From positions 148,403 to 212,402 of the forward strand of contig JBAZRH010000001.1 of NCBI GenBank assembly GCA_041663045.1: a DNA stretch of 64,000 bases, given 5' to 3'. This document shows positions 20,767 through 29,784 of this stretch, piece by piece. Origin of the DNA: Minisyncoccota bacterium (GTDB taxonomy: Bacteria > Patescibacteriota > Minisyncoccia > Phycocordibacterales > GWA1-40-21). The notes under the pieces were generated by a model. It made no database searches. It was not told the origin of the DNA and saw only the letters and a program-made list of their open reading frames with translations. The first letter of the stretch is position 1. The number at the start of each line of letters is the position of its first letter. A program made the position numbers and the translations under genes.

Positions 20767-21110
20767 TATATTATTAAAGGAGGCACTCTTATCTTTTAGT
20801 GTACCCGCATATTCTATCGCACCTTTGCATACTGAATCGCAAACTTTTTTTGCATTATCAAAAAAAACTTTATCCCCATTAATAATTTTATTTTTAATCT
20901 GACCTTGTACAAATGTGGCTAAAGATTTTTTAACAATAAAATTACCCCCCGCAAGCGAGCTCGTCCCTGTTTCCGGTATATTTAGCCCTAGTCTATCTGC
21001 TATCTCTTTATTATAACAATCTTCCCAAAAACAAGATGATAAAATATCATTTTTCCATAGACCATAAAATTTCTGATCATCTACATTAAAACTAGCTAAT
21101 TCAGGAGAGT

Positions 21111-21129
21111 TTAGTTTTTTTTTACTTCT
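21111..21129 (-). other. Candidate -1 frameshift / transcriptional slippage site (A9; GTA AAA AAA AAC TAA)
   Basis: Nine-A run at 21115-21123 immediately before the ATP-grasp stop; one extra A, or a -1 shift, enters the 17110 frame. Confidence 0.7.
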
Positions 21130-22106
21130 TCAGCTTTTGCCTCTGCTCTTATTGAATCTTTATTTGTCAGCGTAGTGATGGGCCTGCTTTGTACTATATA
21201 AAATTTTCCTTTTTCAAAAGCCCATTCTATATCGCAAGGGAAACCATAATGATTCTCGATTTTCATTATTAAATCTGCGAATTCAAAGATTTGTTTTTCA
21301 GTGAGTACTTGAGATGATGCTTTTGGTTCAGAAATATCGATCCACTCATTGCCACCAGTTGAAACTCTATATAAACCTCTTGCTTGTGTTGAAATATTTG
21401 TATCGATAATTCTTCTCGGATCCTTCTCGACAACATATGAATCTGGTGTTATCTGTCCAGACACTATGGCTTCCCCAAGACCAAATCCAGCTTCTATAAT
21501 CATCTGATTTCTGTCTTCGGTAACAGGATGTACAGAGAAAGCTATACCGGAAACTTCAGAATTTACCATTTTTTGTATGACGACAGCGACTGAAATCTTT
21601 GTCTCGTGTAAATCTTTTTCAAATCTATAAAAAATAGCTCTCGGAGTGAAAAGTGATGCCCAGCAATGCTGAACTTTTTCTAAAACATTTTTCTCTTTAG
21701 TATTTAAATATGAATCAAGTTGTCCTGCCCAAGCGTTTTCTGCGCCGTCTTCTGCGGTGGCGGACGAACGGACGGCTACGAATTCGGTATCTAACTTTTT
21801 AAACTGCGACATTATCTCTTTCGCAATATTTTCTGGCATATCGGCGTTTTTGATAAGACTTTGAATTTTCTCTGAAGCGACTTCAACACTATTTATATCT
21901 TTGTGATTTACTGTATGTAAAACAGTATCTATTTCTTCAGAAAGATTTGCACCTTTTACGAATTCATCGAAAGTAGTTGAGAGGACGACAAAACCCGGCG
22001 GCACTGGTATTCCTGCCTGTGTCATTTCTCCAAGTGAGGCGCCTTTTCCACCGGCAATATCGGCATTGCTTTTATTCAATTCTCTGAAATGCAACGTTAA
22101 TTTCAT
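21111..22106 (-). CDS. PEP/pyruvate-binding (PPDK_N) ATP-grasp domain of the PEP synthase/dikinase family, stand-alone
   Basis: GGKGASLGEM, VAVRSSATAED, AGQLDSYLN, GFGLGEAIVSG, DIEWA...IVQSRPITT; no His domain or pyruvate barrel in the ORF. Confidence 0.95.
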   Translation of the reverse strand: MKLTLHFRELNKSNADIAGGKGASLGEMTQAGIPVPPGFVVLSTTFDEFVKGANLSEEIDTVLHTVNHKDINSVEVASEKIQSLIKNADMPENIAKEIMSQFKKLDTEFVAVRSSATAEDGAENAWAGQLDSYLNTKEKNVLEKVQHCWASLFTPRAIFYRFEKDLHETKISVAVVIQKMVNSEVSGIAFSVHPVTEDRNQMIIEAGFGLGEAIVSGQITPDSYVVEKDPRRIIDTNISTQARGLYRVSTGGNEWIDISEPKASSQVLTEKQIFEFADLIMKIENHYGFPCDIEWAFEKGKFYIVQSRPITTLTNKDSIRAEAKAEEVKKN

Positions 22107-22113
22107 ACTGGAA

Positions 22114-22122
22114 ACTATAACA
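22114..22122 (-). promoter_or_regulatory. Extended -10 promoter for a leaderless ATP-grasp transcript
   Basis: TGT-TATAGT 7 nt upstream of the ATG at 22106. Confidence 0.55.
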
Positions 22123-22191
22123 AATTATATATCACTTGGGAAGCTTATTTTTAGTGATAAAAGTGAATAAAACATAGCTCAATTTTGCCTA

Positions 22192-22220
22192 TTGACTTTT
22201 ATATCTAAGTATGCTATCCT
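22192..22220 (+). promoter_or_regulatory. Sigma70-type promoter
   Basis: TTGACT-17 bp-TATCCT with TG extension; AGGAGG SD before 22288. Confidence 0.65.
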
Positions 22221-22287
22221 TTCAGGCAGGATACAGGATTGGTACCTGTATGTGTAGAAAACGAAAACAACAGAAGGAGGCGTCAAA

Positions 22288-22923
22288 ATGACGCACAGCA
22301 AACGTAAACTGGTGGCGGTGTTTCAGAGACATGGTGCCACAAACAAAGCGCAAGCGGGTCAGCATGATCTTACCCGCACGCTAAGCGAGGAAGGACGGAA
22401 GCAGGCGGCGTTGATTGGGTCAAAGATCGGTTACAAAATTGACCTTATCATCTCGTCTGCTGCTGGGCGCGCGGTGGAAACAGCATGTATCACGGCACGG
22501 GCGGCGGGTCAGCTCCCGGATGGGGTTCAGCACTTCGCCGAAGATGTGCTTTATCCGCACGAGCATACCTATCCGATTTTGGACGCAGCGTTCAAGAAAA
22601 TCGGGTATGCGCCGCTCGCGAGCTATCTCCTCGACCCAAATGTGGTAAAGGAGACCGCAGCTTACGCGATACGTGCAATGGGCAGGATATGGGAAATCAT
22701 CAACGAGGCCGACTCCGGTCTCGAAGATGAAAAGCAGCCGTTTGTTGTGTTAATAACCTCACACGCCGTCTGCGCCAATATCCTGGCACGGAATATGCAA
22801 CTCGGTACCGACGCGACGCTTGAGGACCTCGTCCTTGTCGGCAGTACGTCAATGGATGCCGGGTCAGCGATCGTGATTGAGCTCGAGGATGACAAGTCCT
22901 CGGCCAAATATATTACGCCGTGA
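22288..22923 (+). CDS. Histidine phosphatase superfamily protein (SixA-like)
   Basis: QRHG...DLTRTLSEEGRKQA, ISSAAGRAVETA and ITSH motifs; GC-rich relative to neighbours. Confidence 0.85.
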   Translation: MTHSKRKLVAVFQRHGATNKAQAGQHDLTRTLSEEGRKQAALIGSKIGYKIDLIISSAAGRAVETACITARAAGQLPDGVQHFAEDVLYPHEHTYPILDAAFKKIGYAPLASYLLDPNVVKETAAYAIRAMGRIWEIINEADSGLEDEKQPFVVLITSHAVCANILARNMQLGTDATLEDLVLVGSTSMDAGSAIVIELEDDKSSAKYITP

Positions 22924-22964
22924 TCTGAATATACGGCAAAAAAGACCTCGTTTTGACGAGGCAT

Positions 22965-23001
22965 GGCGGGGGGAACACAATGTTGTGAACCCCGCCTTTT
23001 T
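22965..23001 (+). terminator. Rho-independent terminator
   Basis: GGCGGGG...CCCCGCC stem followed by TTTTT. Confidence 0.7.
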
Positions 23002-23056
23002 ATTACCCAAATATTCATATTTATAGGCATATTCTTATATAATCTCTATTATGTGC

Positions 23057-23084
23057 TTGACAAGTACTATAAAAGGTGTATAAT
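23057..23084 (+). promoter_or_regulatory. Consensus sigma70 promoter
   Basis: TTGACA-16 bp-TATAAT. Confidence 0.75.
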
Positions 23085-23142
23085 GGGATGGGTAGATGTT
23101 AATTTGAAATAAAACGGTAAAAACCGTGGAAAGAGGTGAAAA

Positions 23143-23616
23143 GTGAGTGCAAATACAAAGCGGATTCTATGTGTGTGCTACGGCAACAGCGACAGGAGTC
23201 CGGCGATGGCGGCGGTACTCAACATGTATCTCAAGAACGCCGGGTACAAGACTTATTGTGAAAGTGCCGGCGTCGGGGAAAATGCTGCGAAAGGCGGTTC
23301 GGCTGCAAAGTTTGCGATTGACGCCTGTAGTCAGATTGGTCTCAATATCTCGGGTCACGACAAGCGTCGGACGACGACGCTCGATCTTAACAGCTACGAT
23401 CTTGTCGTCTGTGCAGACTGTTTGGTCGCCGAGATGCTCATCAAGCAAGGTTGCGACATCGGCAAGATATACAATGCCGAGATTCCCAATCCATGGCCGG
23501 TGAAGTTCAAAGCACAGTACACCGAGACATTCCAGCGAATCCTCGCCGCAATGTATCTCGTCGTGGACCGATACTTCGTCAACATGAATGAAGTGGACGG
23601 TCCGCAAGGTGGTTAA
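23143..23616 (+). CDS. Low-molecular-weight protein tyrosine phosphatase / ArsC-like protein
   Basis: CVCYGNSDRS P-loop (CX5RS), ESAG, IPNPW; GTG start after AAGAGGTG SD. Confidence 0.85.
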   Translation: MSANTKRILCVCYGNSDRSPAMAAVLNMYLKNAGYKTYCESAGVGENAAKGGSAAKFAIDACSQIGLNISGHDKRRTTTLDLNSYDLVVCADCLVAEMLIKQGCDIGKIYNAEIPNPWPVKFKAQYTETFQRILAAMYLVVDRYFVNMNEVDGPQGG

Positions 23617-23637
23617 GCTAAAGAGCTGAAACCGCCG

Positions 23638-23672
23638 GAGCCCAACTGTAAAAAGTTGGGCTCTATTTTTTT
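23638..23672 (+). terminator. Rho-independent terminator between convergent genes
   Basis: GAGCCCAACT/AGTTGGGCTC perfect stem plus T-tract. Confidence 0.75.
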
Positions 23673-25114
23673 TATATTATTCTTATAATTCCCTTTTCGG
23701 CGTCTAGCTCTACTTTGTCGCCATCTTTCAATACTTTAGTTGCTATTTTTGTACCGATAATGCAAGGAATATTTAATTCACGAGAGATTATAGCGGCATG
23801 GCAAGTGATTCCGCCTTCATCTGTGATTATTCCCCCAGCACGTTTAATAAGAGGTGCAAAATCAGGAGTCGTCATACCTGTGACAATAATATCTCCATTA
23901 TCAAAATTATTCACATGAGAACTTTTTAGTACACGTACCTTCCCTACCACTTTTCCTTTATTCGCAACTTGTCCATGAATTTCCTTTATATCTTTATGAT
24001 CGGTTTTCCACGGCACATTTAACTTTATTAGAAGTTTTCTAGCATTGGAACCTTCATGATATGTACTTCCTTTATCAGAATTTGTTTCTATCACAATATC
24101 CATTCTGTTTTTTATATTTATGCTTATATCCTTTCCAGATATTGCGAGCCTTGCCAGTCTCGGGTCAAGATACCTTGCTTCATCTAAAGTCAGATTTAAT
24201 TTTGAAGCGGCCCATTTAAGGATTATATCATTGAAATAATAACAGATTTGGGCACTAAGCATCTTTCTGTCGTCCTGCATCAAAGACAGGTTTCTCATTA
24301 TCTTGAATAAATAGTTTGTCTCTTCAGAGAATTTATATTTCTCCTGATACTCTTCTTGTAGCAAAACAATATCAATGTTTTGTGAAGTTTTATTATATTC
24401 TTTTGATACCAAAGTTTCTTCAACTCTTTTTGATACAGTTTCTTCTGTCCAGACTATAGGTCCCACATATTCATATGGAAACCAGAAGTATTTATCAGAG
24501 AATATCTTTATGGCTTCTTTAGTATTGATATTTTCTAATCCATTGGACTTGGCTATTTTTAGCAGATTTTTAAATTCCTCTTCTTCTATCTGGCTATATG
24601 ATTTTTCTTGATGACTGACCATTATAGGTAATATTTTATGTGCCTCATCTATGCCGTATTCTTTAAGATGATTTAGTAATTGTCTTTCGGCCTCGGCTCC
24701 ACCAAAAAGCCACAGAATCATATTTTTACGCATCAATTCTTGATAAGTGATTATGAATTTATCAAAGAAATCTGGGAAGCTTTCAATATCTCTGTTTACA
24801 CAAGTATCGGCGAATTCTTTACATAAATCCACCGCTTTTTGCCCGGCTTCTATGCCCTCTTTTCTTATCTTCTCAAGATTATCTTTATTTTCCCAAAGTA
24901 TTTTAAAAGCCCCTTCATTTCTGTCTTTTGAGAATTCTTTTTCAACTACTGCTGTGAAGTGACCGTTTTCCCATATCTCTAGAGATATCCCTCTTTTAAT
25001 TTTTAAATATTCGCCAAGAGGCCAAGAAAAATATGCTGACAAAGGAAAAAGAGCTGGTATATACCTAGTACGCACCATTATCCAGTCTTCTGGTTTATAT
25101 TTCTTTTCAGGCAT
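23672..25114 (-). CDS. PEP-utiliser His-swivel domain protein (module 5)
   Basis: [16 protein letters not shown]; KYFW and QDDRK in the helical domain. Confidence 0.9.
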   Translation of the reverse strand: MPEKKYKPEDWIMVRTRYIPALFPLSAYFSWPLGEYLKIKRGISLEIWENGHFTAVVEKEFSKDRNEGAFKILWENKDNLEKIRKEGIEAGQKAVDLCKEFADTCVNRDIESFPDFFDKFIITYQELMRKNMILWLFGGAEAERQLLNHLKEYGIDEAHKILPIMVSHQEKSYSQIEEEEFKNLLKIAKSNGLENINTKEAIKIFSDKYFWFPYEYVGPIVWTEETVSKRVEETLVSKEYNKTSQNIDIVLLQEEYQEKYKFSEETNYLFKIMRNLSLMQDDRKMLSAQICYYFNDIILKWAASKLNLTLDEARYLDPRLARLAISGKDISINIKNRMDIVIETNSDKGSTYHEGSNARKLLIKLNVPWKTDHKDIKEIHGQVANKGKVVGKVRVLKSSHVNNFDNGDIIVTGMTTPDFAPLIKRAGGIITDEGGITCHAAIISRELNIPCIIGTKIATKVLKDGDKVELDAEKGIIRII

Positions 25115-25128
25115 ATCTTTTGAGTCTC

Positions 25129-26001
25129 CTATCCTTGAGCTATTTGTTCCACAACAGAGAGATCAATTTCTTCATCAATACTAAAATCATTTAGAGGTGT
25201 ATCGCTCTTTTTGCTATATTTCAAGTGTAATGTAGGTTTTTCTGATCCAGCTTTTGTAATAACATCCAATTCAAATCCTTCCGTTACATCAAAACCGGTA
25301 TTTTTTAATGCTTTTATAAGTTTATTTCTCTCCTCGATGCCTTTTGTCATTTCTACAACTTTCATCAAGAAACTTTCTGCAATACCTTGATGGGTAGCAA
25401 AGAATCTTTTCATTTCTGGTTCATATTTATCACTTTTTTCTTCGACGAGCTTATTCCATCTTGGAGCAATATTAAAATATTTTAAGACAATTTCCGCTAC
25501 GCCTTTTGCTTGACGAGAATATGTTAGCTGTCCTTCAAAACCTTGTTCTTTTGCCAGTGTGTCGCTTTGATCTGCCAAAAATTCCATGAATTTTCCTTTA
25601 GTGAAAGCGTCTATCGCTTGTTTTTCATACTCTGTCTTTCCAATAGAAAAGTCGAGACGTGAATCTACATTGAATTTTGAGCCGTAAGCCAAATCTTTAT
25701 CAATCTTAGTTTTTAGTTCTTCCAATGTCTCGTTACCGGTTATTTCGTCTTCTCCTCCAGCCATCACAAAACCTGCTGTTTCCCAGGTGCGTTCTTTTGT
25801 AGAGACGAAAGCCACAGATTGATCTATATCACTTCCCTTTTCAGCCTTGTTTTTAGCTTGCATACGGCCTCCTGGAGTAAGTCGGATTTGTTCATCTGTC
25901 TTTGTTTTATCTTTCTCTTTTTCGCCATGGCGGAAGAAGTTTAGAATTATTTCTGATTGATATTCTCTTATTGCCTCCGGACTTTTGATTTGTGATTCCA
26001 T
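25129..26001 (-). CDS. Histidine phosphatase superfamily protein
   Basis: FFRHG...RLTPGGRMQA, STKERTWETA and ATHQ motifs. Confidence 0.75.
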   Translation of the reverse strand: MESQIKSPEAIREYQSEIILNFFRHGEKEKDKTKTDEQIRLTPGGRMQAKNKAEKGSDIDQSVAFVSTKERTWETAGFVMAGGEDEITGNETLEELKTKIDKDLAYGSKFNVDSRLDFSIGKTEYEKQAIDAFTKGKFMEFLADQSDTLAKEQGFEGQLTYSRQAKGVAEIVLKYFNIAPRWNKLVEEKSDKYEPEMKRFFATHQGIAESFLMKVVEMTKGIEERNKLIKALKNTGFDVTEGFELDVITKAGSEKPTLHLKYSKKSDTPLNDFSIDEEIDLSVVEQIAQG

Positions 26002-26004
26002 ATT

Positions 26005-26865
26005 TTATTTATTATTTAATTTTTTACTATTAATCCAAGCTGCTAACCACTTAACATGAAAAGAAAAATCTTTTTCATTTCTACTATTGTCTTCGTATGG
26101 CCTTTTGCACACCACTCTCGGCGCTGCCATTATCCTTCCTCCAGAGAGCAGGATCGCTCTAAAGAGTTGATTTCCTACCATACCATTTACTGGAACAATG
26201 ACATTTGCACCGTCTTCTACGGCTAAGTCCAAATCAATAGACCAATTCTTTGCATCGTAACCGAGTTTCTTGAGTTCGGAGACAATCCACTCAGTATCTT
26301 CATATGTTTTATTTAAAATTCCTACAACACCATCTTTAATGTCTTTTTTCCTTTTATATGTCTCATGGCGTACGCCGGTGAAGACAGCTATTTTCGGTTC
26401 AACTCCCCACTTCTTTGTAAATTCTGCTATACCTTTTGCTATTTCAAATCTCTCTTCTTTATTCCAACCCTCTGGATTACTACAAAGGCCACAAAAGAGT
26501 TGATCTCCTTTTGGTGTTTCCATTAGGCCAGGATTAAGATCGAAGTGCTCACCCGTTATCTTTTTATAAGCATCGGCTGTTTTAAAATCATCAATTGTTC
26601 CTCTGATTATTCCCTCAACTTCATCGCTAGCCAGCATAGAGGCGATTTTTTGTTCAGGATTTTCATCAATAACTAATTTAAAGCCCTTTACGTCTTTTAT
26701 TGCGCCTGGGCCTACCAAAGTAATGTCTGCATACTCACTCATCTTGCTTAGGCAATCCAATATCTCTTTATCTGGAGTTGCCAAGCCAAAAGCAATATTT
26801 ACCCTGCCCTTCGCTGCAAGTTCTTCTACTTTTTTTGTGAAAGCCCCAAGTTTCTTCGTCGTCAT
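26005..26865 (-). CDS. MtxX / methanogenesis marker 4-like (phosphotransacetylase-fold) protein
   Basis: GIIRGT, AVEDGANVIVPVNGMVGNQLFR and DNSR resemble the MtxX-family pattern (recognised by eye). Confidence 0.6.
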   Translation of the reverse strand: MTTKKLGAFTKKVEELAAKGRVNIAFGLATPDKEILDCLSKMSEYADITLVGPGAIKDVKGFKLVIDENPEQKIASMLASDEVEGIIRGTIDDFKTADAYKKITGEHFDLNPGLMETPKGDQLFCGLCSNPEGWNKEERFEIAKGIAEFTKKWGVEPKIAVFTGVRHETYKRKKDIKDGVVGILNKTYEDTEWIVSELKKLGYDAKNWSIDLDLAVEDGANVIVPVNGMVGNQLFRAILLSGGRIMAAPRVVCKRPYEDNSRNEKDFSFHVKWLAAWINSKKLNNK

Positions 26866-26866
26866 A

Positions 26867-27946
26867 TTATTGCTTTGTTTGTCCTTTTAATAATTGGTCA
26901 ATATCAAGACAGGTTTTTTCTATGAGAGAATGCATAATAGCCATCTTTTGTTCATTATAAGAAAAATCTTTCCAATCACCGCTTTTTGGTCTATCCATAT
27001 AAGCCCTTTCATTGCATTCAATCTGAAGCGCATTTACGCCCATATTTCTACCTGCTCCACCCCAGAATTTGACATTGTGAACACCTTTCATATAATAATT
27101 TCTGATAAATAATTCACCCTTAATATCCTCTGAAATTAATTTCTTTTCATCTTCCGGTAAAGATTCATAGTTTGTTTTCAGGGCTTTTTCAAACGCTTCT
27201 ATAATATCGTCATCGCAACCTTCTCCATCTCTCGTGCCCAAAATAAACATTGGCATCATCTCTGGATCAGGAATACCATAGTGATCATACCAAGTCTTTG
27301 TATCAGCTGTAACAGGAAAAGAATGTCCATCTACAAGAAGAATCCTCTCCTCTTTTCTATTCTGCCTTTTATCTGCCATAGCTCCGACAGCACCCATAAC
27401 AGTATTGTAATAAGGCAGATAATATCTCTCCGCCCAATTCTCTGCTTCTTCTGCGGTCGGTTGCATATCTTCTTTGTACATAGGGCCGAATTTTGCACCC
27501 TTTGTCCAAAGTATTGTGCCCGGAGCTTTCCCCTTCTCATACTTTTTATCCAAATCAAATTCTGGTGCTCTGTTTGGGTCGACGACAAACCTAGATATAC
27601 CAAACTTTACCCAAGGTATTGTCTTGCTTTTAAATATTTCGGGTGTTCCAAGATCTGTAAGCGCAAGAGTTTCTGTGCCTTCTTCTGTCAGCCTATCTTT
27701 TAAGCTTTCTGGAGCATACTCTCCGGCGTGTGGTAATCCAATAATAACATTTGGACAGCCGTCTCTTGCTATCGGGCTAGTATCACTTTCTACCGCTTCA
27801 TTACCAGTTATCTCTTCTTGCCTCATTTCTGGACGAGACGGTAAACCCAAAGCTTCAAGTGTATTGTAAACTTTTTCGAGTTTTTCTCTTCTTTCTGTTC
27901 GAGAGTCCGTATCTGCGAAAGGAAATTTTGGAGGATGTTCGGTCAT
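26867..27946 (-). CDS. N-formylglutamate amidohydrolase family protein
   Basis: PHAG, SRFVVDPNR, YYLPYY, DGHSFP, ILGT and ALQIE motifs. Confidence 0.85.
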   Translation of the reverse strand: MTEHPPKFPFADTDSRTERREKLEKVYNTLEALGLPSRPEMRQEEITGNEAVESDTSPIARDGCPNVIIGLPHAGEYAPESLKDRLTEEGTETLALTDLGTPEIFKSKTIPWVKFGISRFVVDPNRAPEFDLDKKYEKGKAPGTILWTKGAKFGPMYKEDMQPTAEEAENWAERYYLPYYNTVMGAVGAMADKRQNRKEERILLVDGHSFPVTADTKTWYDHYGIPDPEMMPMFILGTRDGEGCDDDIIEAFEKALKTNYESLPEDEKKLISEDIKGELFIRNYYMKGVHNVKFWGGAGRNMGVNALQIECNERAYMDRPKSGDWKDFSYNEQKMAIMHSLIEKTCLDIDQLLKGQTKQ

Positions 27947-28005
27947 ATTTTTAAATTATTTAATAATGTCAATTATATCACTATTTTTATCCATCTCAAT
28001 AGACA

Positions 28006-29697
28006 CTAGCTCAGAATTCTCACCGTCCCGTGATTTGCTCTTACTTCTATGAGATCTCCATCTTTGATCATTTGTGTAGCTCTTTGTGTACCGATAATGC
28101 AAGGTTTACCAAGTTCTCGTGAGACAATCGCCGCGTGACAGGTGATACCACCTTCATTTGTGACAATTGCGGAAGCTTTTTTCATAAGCTGGATAAATTC
28201 TGGACGAGTCATACCCGTGACCAATATTTCTCCCTCATTAAATTTGTGAAAGTCTTCTTGACCAAGAATGATACGGGCGATACCTTTTACATAACCCTGA
28301 CAAGCCACTTGTCCAGACAAAATCTTTTCCGGTGCTTGCCCGAGTATTCTCTTTTCCATTTCATCGGATATTGATTGAGCCTCGGCTCCCTCTATTATCT
28401 TATAACCGCCACCGACTGTGGAGATCATCATTCCGTGCTCGTATCTTTTCTTTAATTGATTTAAAGATATAAGTCCTTTGAGTACATTTGGCACTTCATC
28501 AAATACTATATGTTTAAGATATTCATAAGGAATACTGGCTTTTATCTCAATTGCTTTCAAGACATAGTGCATTGAGTGAATACCCATAAGGTTAATCTGT
28601 TTTCTATATTCTCTCCAAAAGACCAATTTCTGAAAGAAAAATAGTGGATTCTGTTTTAAATTGTGTTTCTTAAGAACAGCGTCGATATTAGCTTTAACCG
28701 TTTTTTCATATCTCTTAATTTCTTCACACTTCTTTTTCCAGTCTTTGTCGCAGAGACATTGTTCTACTTCGTCAAATATCTCATCTAGCGTTATGTGATT
28801 CATATGAGCGTAGTTTGATTTATAGTAATCAAAGTCCAATATATATTTAGCTACATCTTTTGATCTTGAGAGATATTCTTTTATCTTTGCCGGTTTCTGT
28901 TGGAGTTTATTTTTAATTATCTTTTTTACTATTTCATAAAGTTTCAATAGACGTTCATTGTTGAAAGTCATAACTTCAGGTGTGGTAAGTGTAGAGACTT
29001 CTTCTGCGGTAAGTGCAAATTGTCTTTTTATTTCCTCTGTCTTTTTTACATCAAAACCGGCGTCGAATGAATCTATAAACAAACTCATTTGCCAGAAGCC
29101 GGCATAAGCATCAAATATTTCTTTCGTAAAGCTGACGATTTCTTCCGCAGAATAATTTAATATTTCATCGGCAGAATGTGAGAGATATATATTCTTTATA
29201 GCGTTCGCGTGTATATTGAATTCATCGAATAATTTTTCTAACTCTTTTTTGTCATTATATCTTTTGTATACCTGCTTTGAGAAATCAAGCATTATCTTTT
29301 TGTCCCAATAGACTTTCATATAATTTCTCTTGAAGAAACCTAAGTGATGGGTAGTAAAATCGCCAAACCAGTCGGTTGGTTGACTTTCAAATCCTAAGAA
29401 TGCCGGAATAGCTGTAAAAGGGATAATGTCACCCTCTTGTCTATAAGGTTCGTAAAATGCTGTTGTAAGATCATGTGACGTCTGCACTTTCTTTTCTTCA
29501 GTTGAAATTTTGAAAAGGTCAGCGGGCTGTATTTTGTATTTTGAACAAAGCTTTTCTAATGTATCAAATTTGATGCCATCAATTTTATTGTGAAAAATAG
29601 CTGTGATGGTATTACGATTGAGACCAGTTTCCCTCGCAATGTCGGATATACTCTTGCCCATTTTCTCGGCTATCTCTTTTAATTTGATTGTTATCAT
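28006..29697 (-). CDS. XRE-type HTH fused to helical domain and His-swivel domain (module 6)
   Basis: SISDIARETGLNRNTIT...IKFDTLEKLC HTH; [16 protein letters not shown]; ATG at 29697 preferred over 29724. Confidence 0.88.
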   Translation of the reverse strand: MITIKLKEIAEKMGKSISDIARETGLNRNTITAIFHNKIDGIKFDTLEKLCSKYKIQPADLFKISTEEKKVQTSHDLTTAFYEPYRQEGDIIPFTAIPAFLGFESQPTDWFGDFTTHHLGFFKRNYMKVYWDKKIMLDFSKQVYKRYNDKKELEKLFDEFNIHANAIKNIYLSHSADEILNYSAEEIVSFTKEIFDAYAGFWQMSLFIDSFDAGFDVKKTEEIKRQFALTAEEVSTLTTPEVMTFNNERLLKLYEIVKKIIKNKLQQKPAKIKEYLSRSKDVAKYILDFDYYKSNYAHMNHITLDEIFDEVEQCLCDKDWKKKCEEIKRYEKTVKANIDAVLKKHNLKQNPLFFFQKLVFWREYRKQINLMGIHSMHYVLKAIEIKASIPYEYLKHIVFDEVPNVLKGLISLNQLKKRYEHGMMISTVGGGYKIIEGAEAQSISDEMEKRILGQAPEKILSGQVACQGYVKGIARIILGQEDFHKFNEGEILVTGMTRPEFIQLMKKASAIVTNEGGITCHAAIVSRELGKPCIIGTQRATQMIKDGDLIEVRANHGTVRILS

Positions 29698-29708
29698 AAA
29701 AATACTAA

Positions 29709-29777
29709 TGCTTATAATAAGCACAAGTATAGCATATCCACATATAATTGCAAGTAGTTGCCTAGTGTACTAGGCAA
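29709..29777 (-). promoter_or_regulatory. Promoter flanked by two palindromic operator candidates
   Basis: TTGCAA-16 bp-TATACT (29753-29726); palindromes TGCTTAT-A-ATAAGCA (29709-29723) and TTGCCTAGT-GT-ACTAGGCAA (29758-29777). Confidence 0.6.
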
Positions 29778-29784
29778 ATCATAC

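Noticed and set aside
20767-21110. Intergenic or regulatory region between the ATP-grasp gene and the triple-module ORF
   Set aside because: It is stop-free and protein-like in the downstream frame, so it is better explained as coding sequence.
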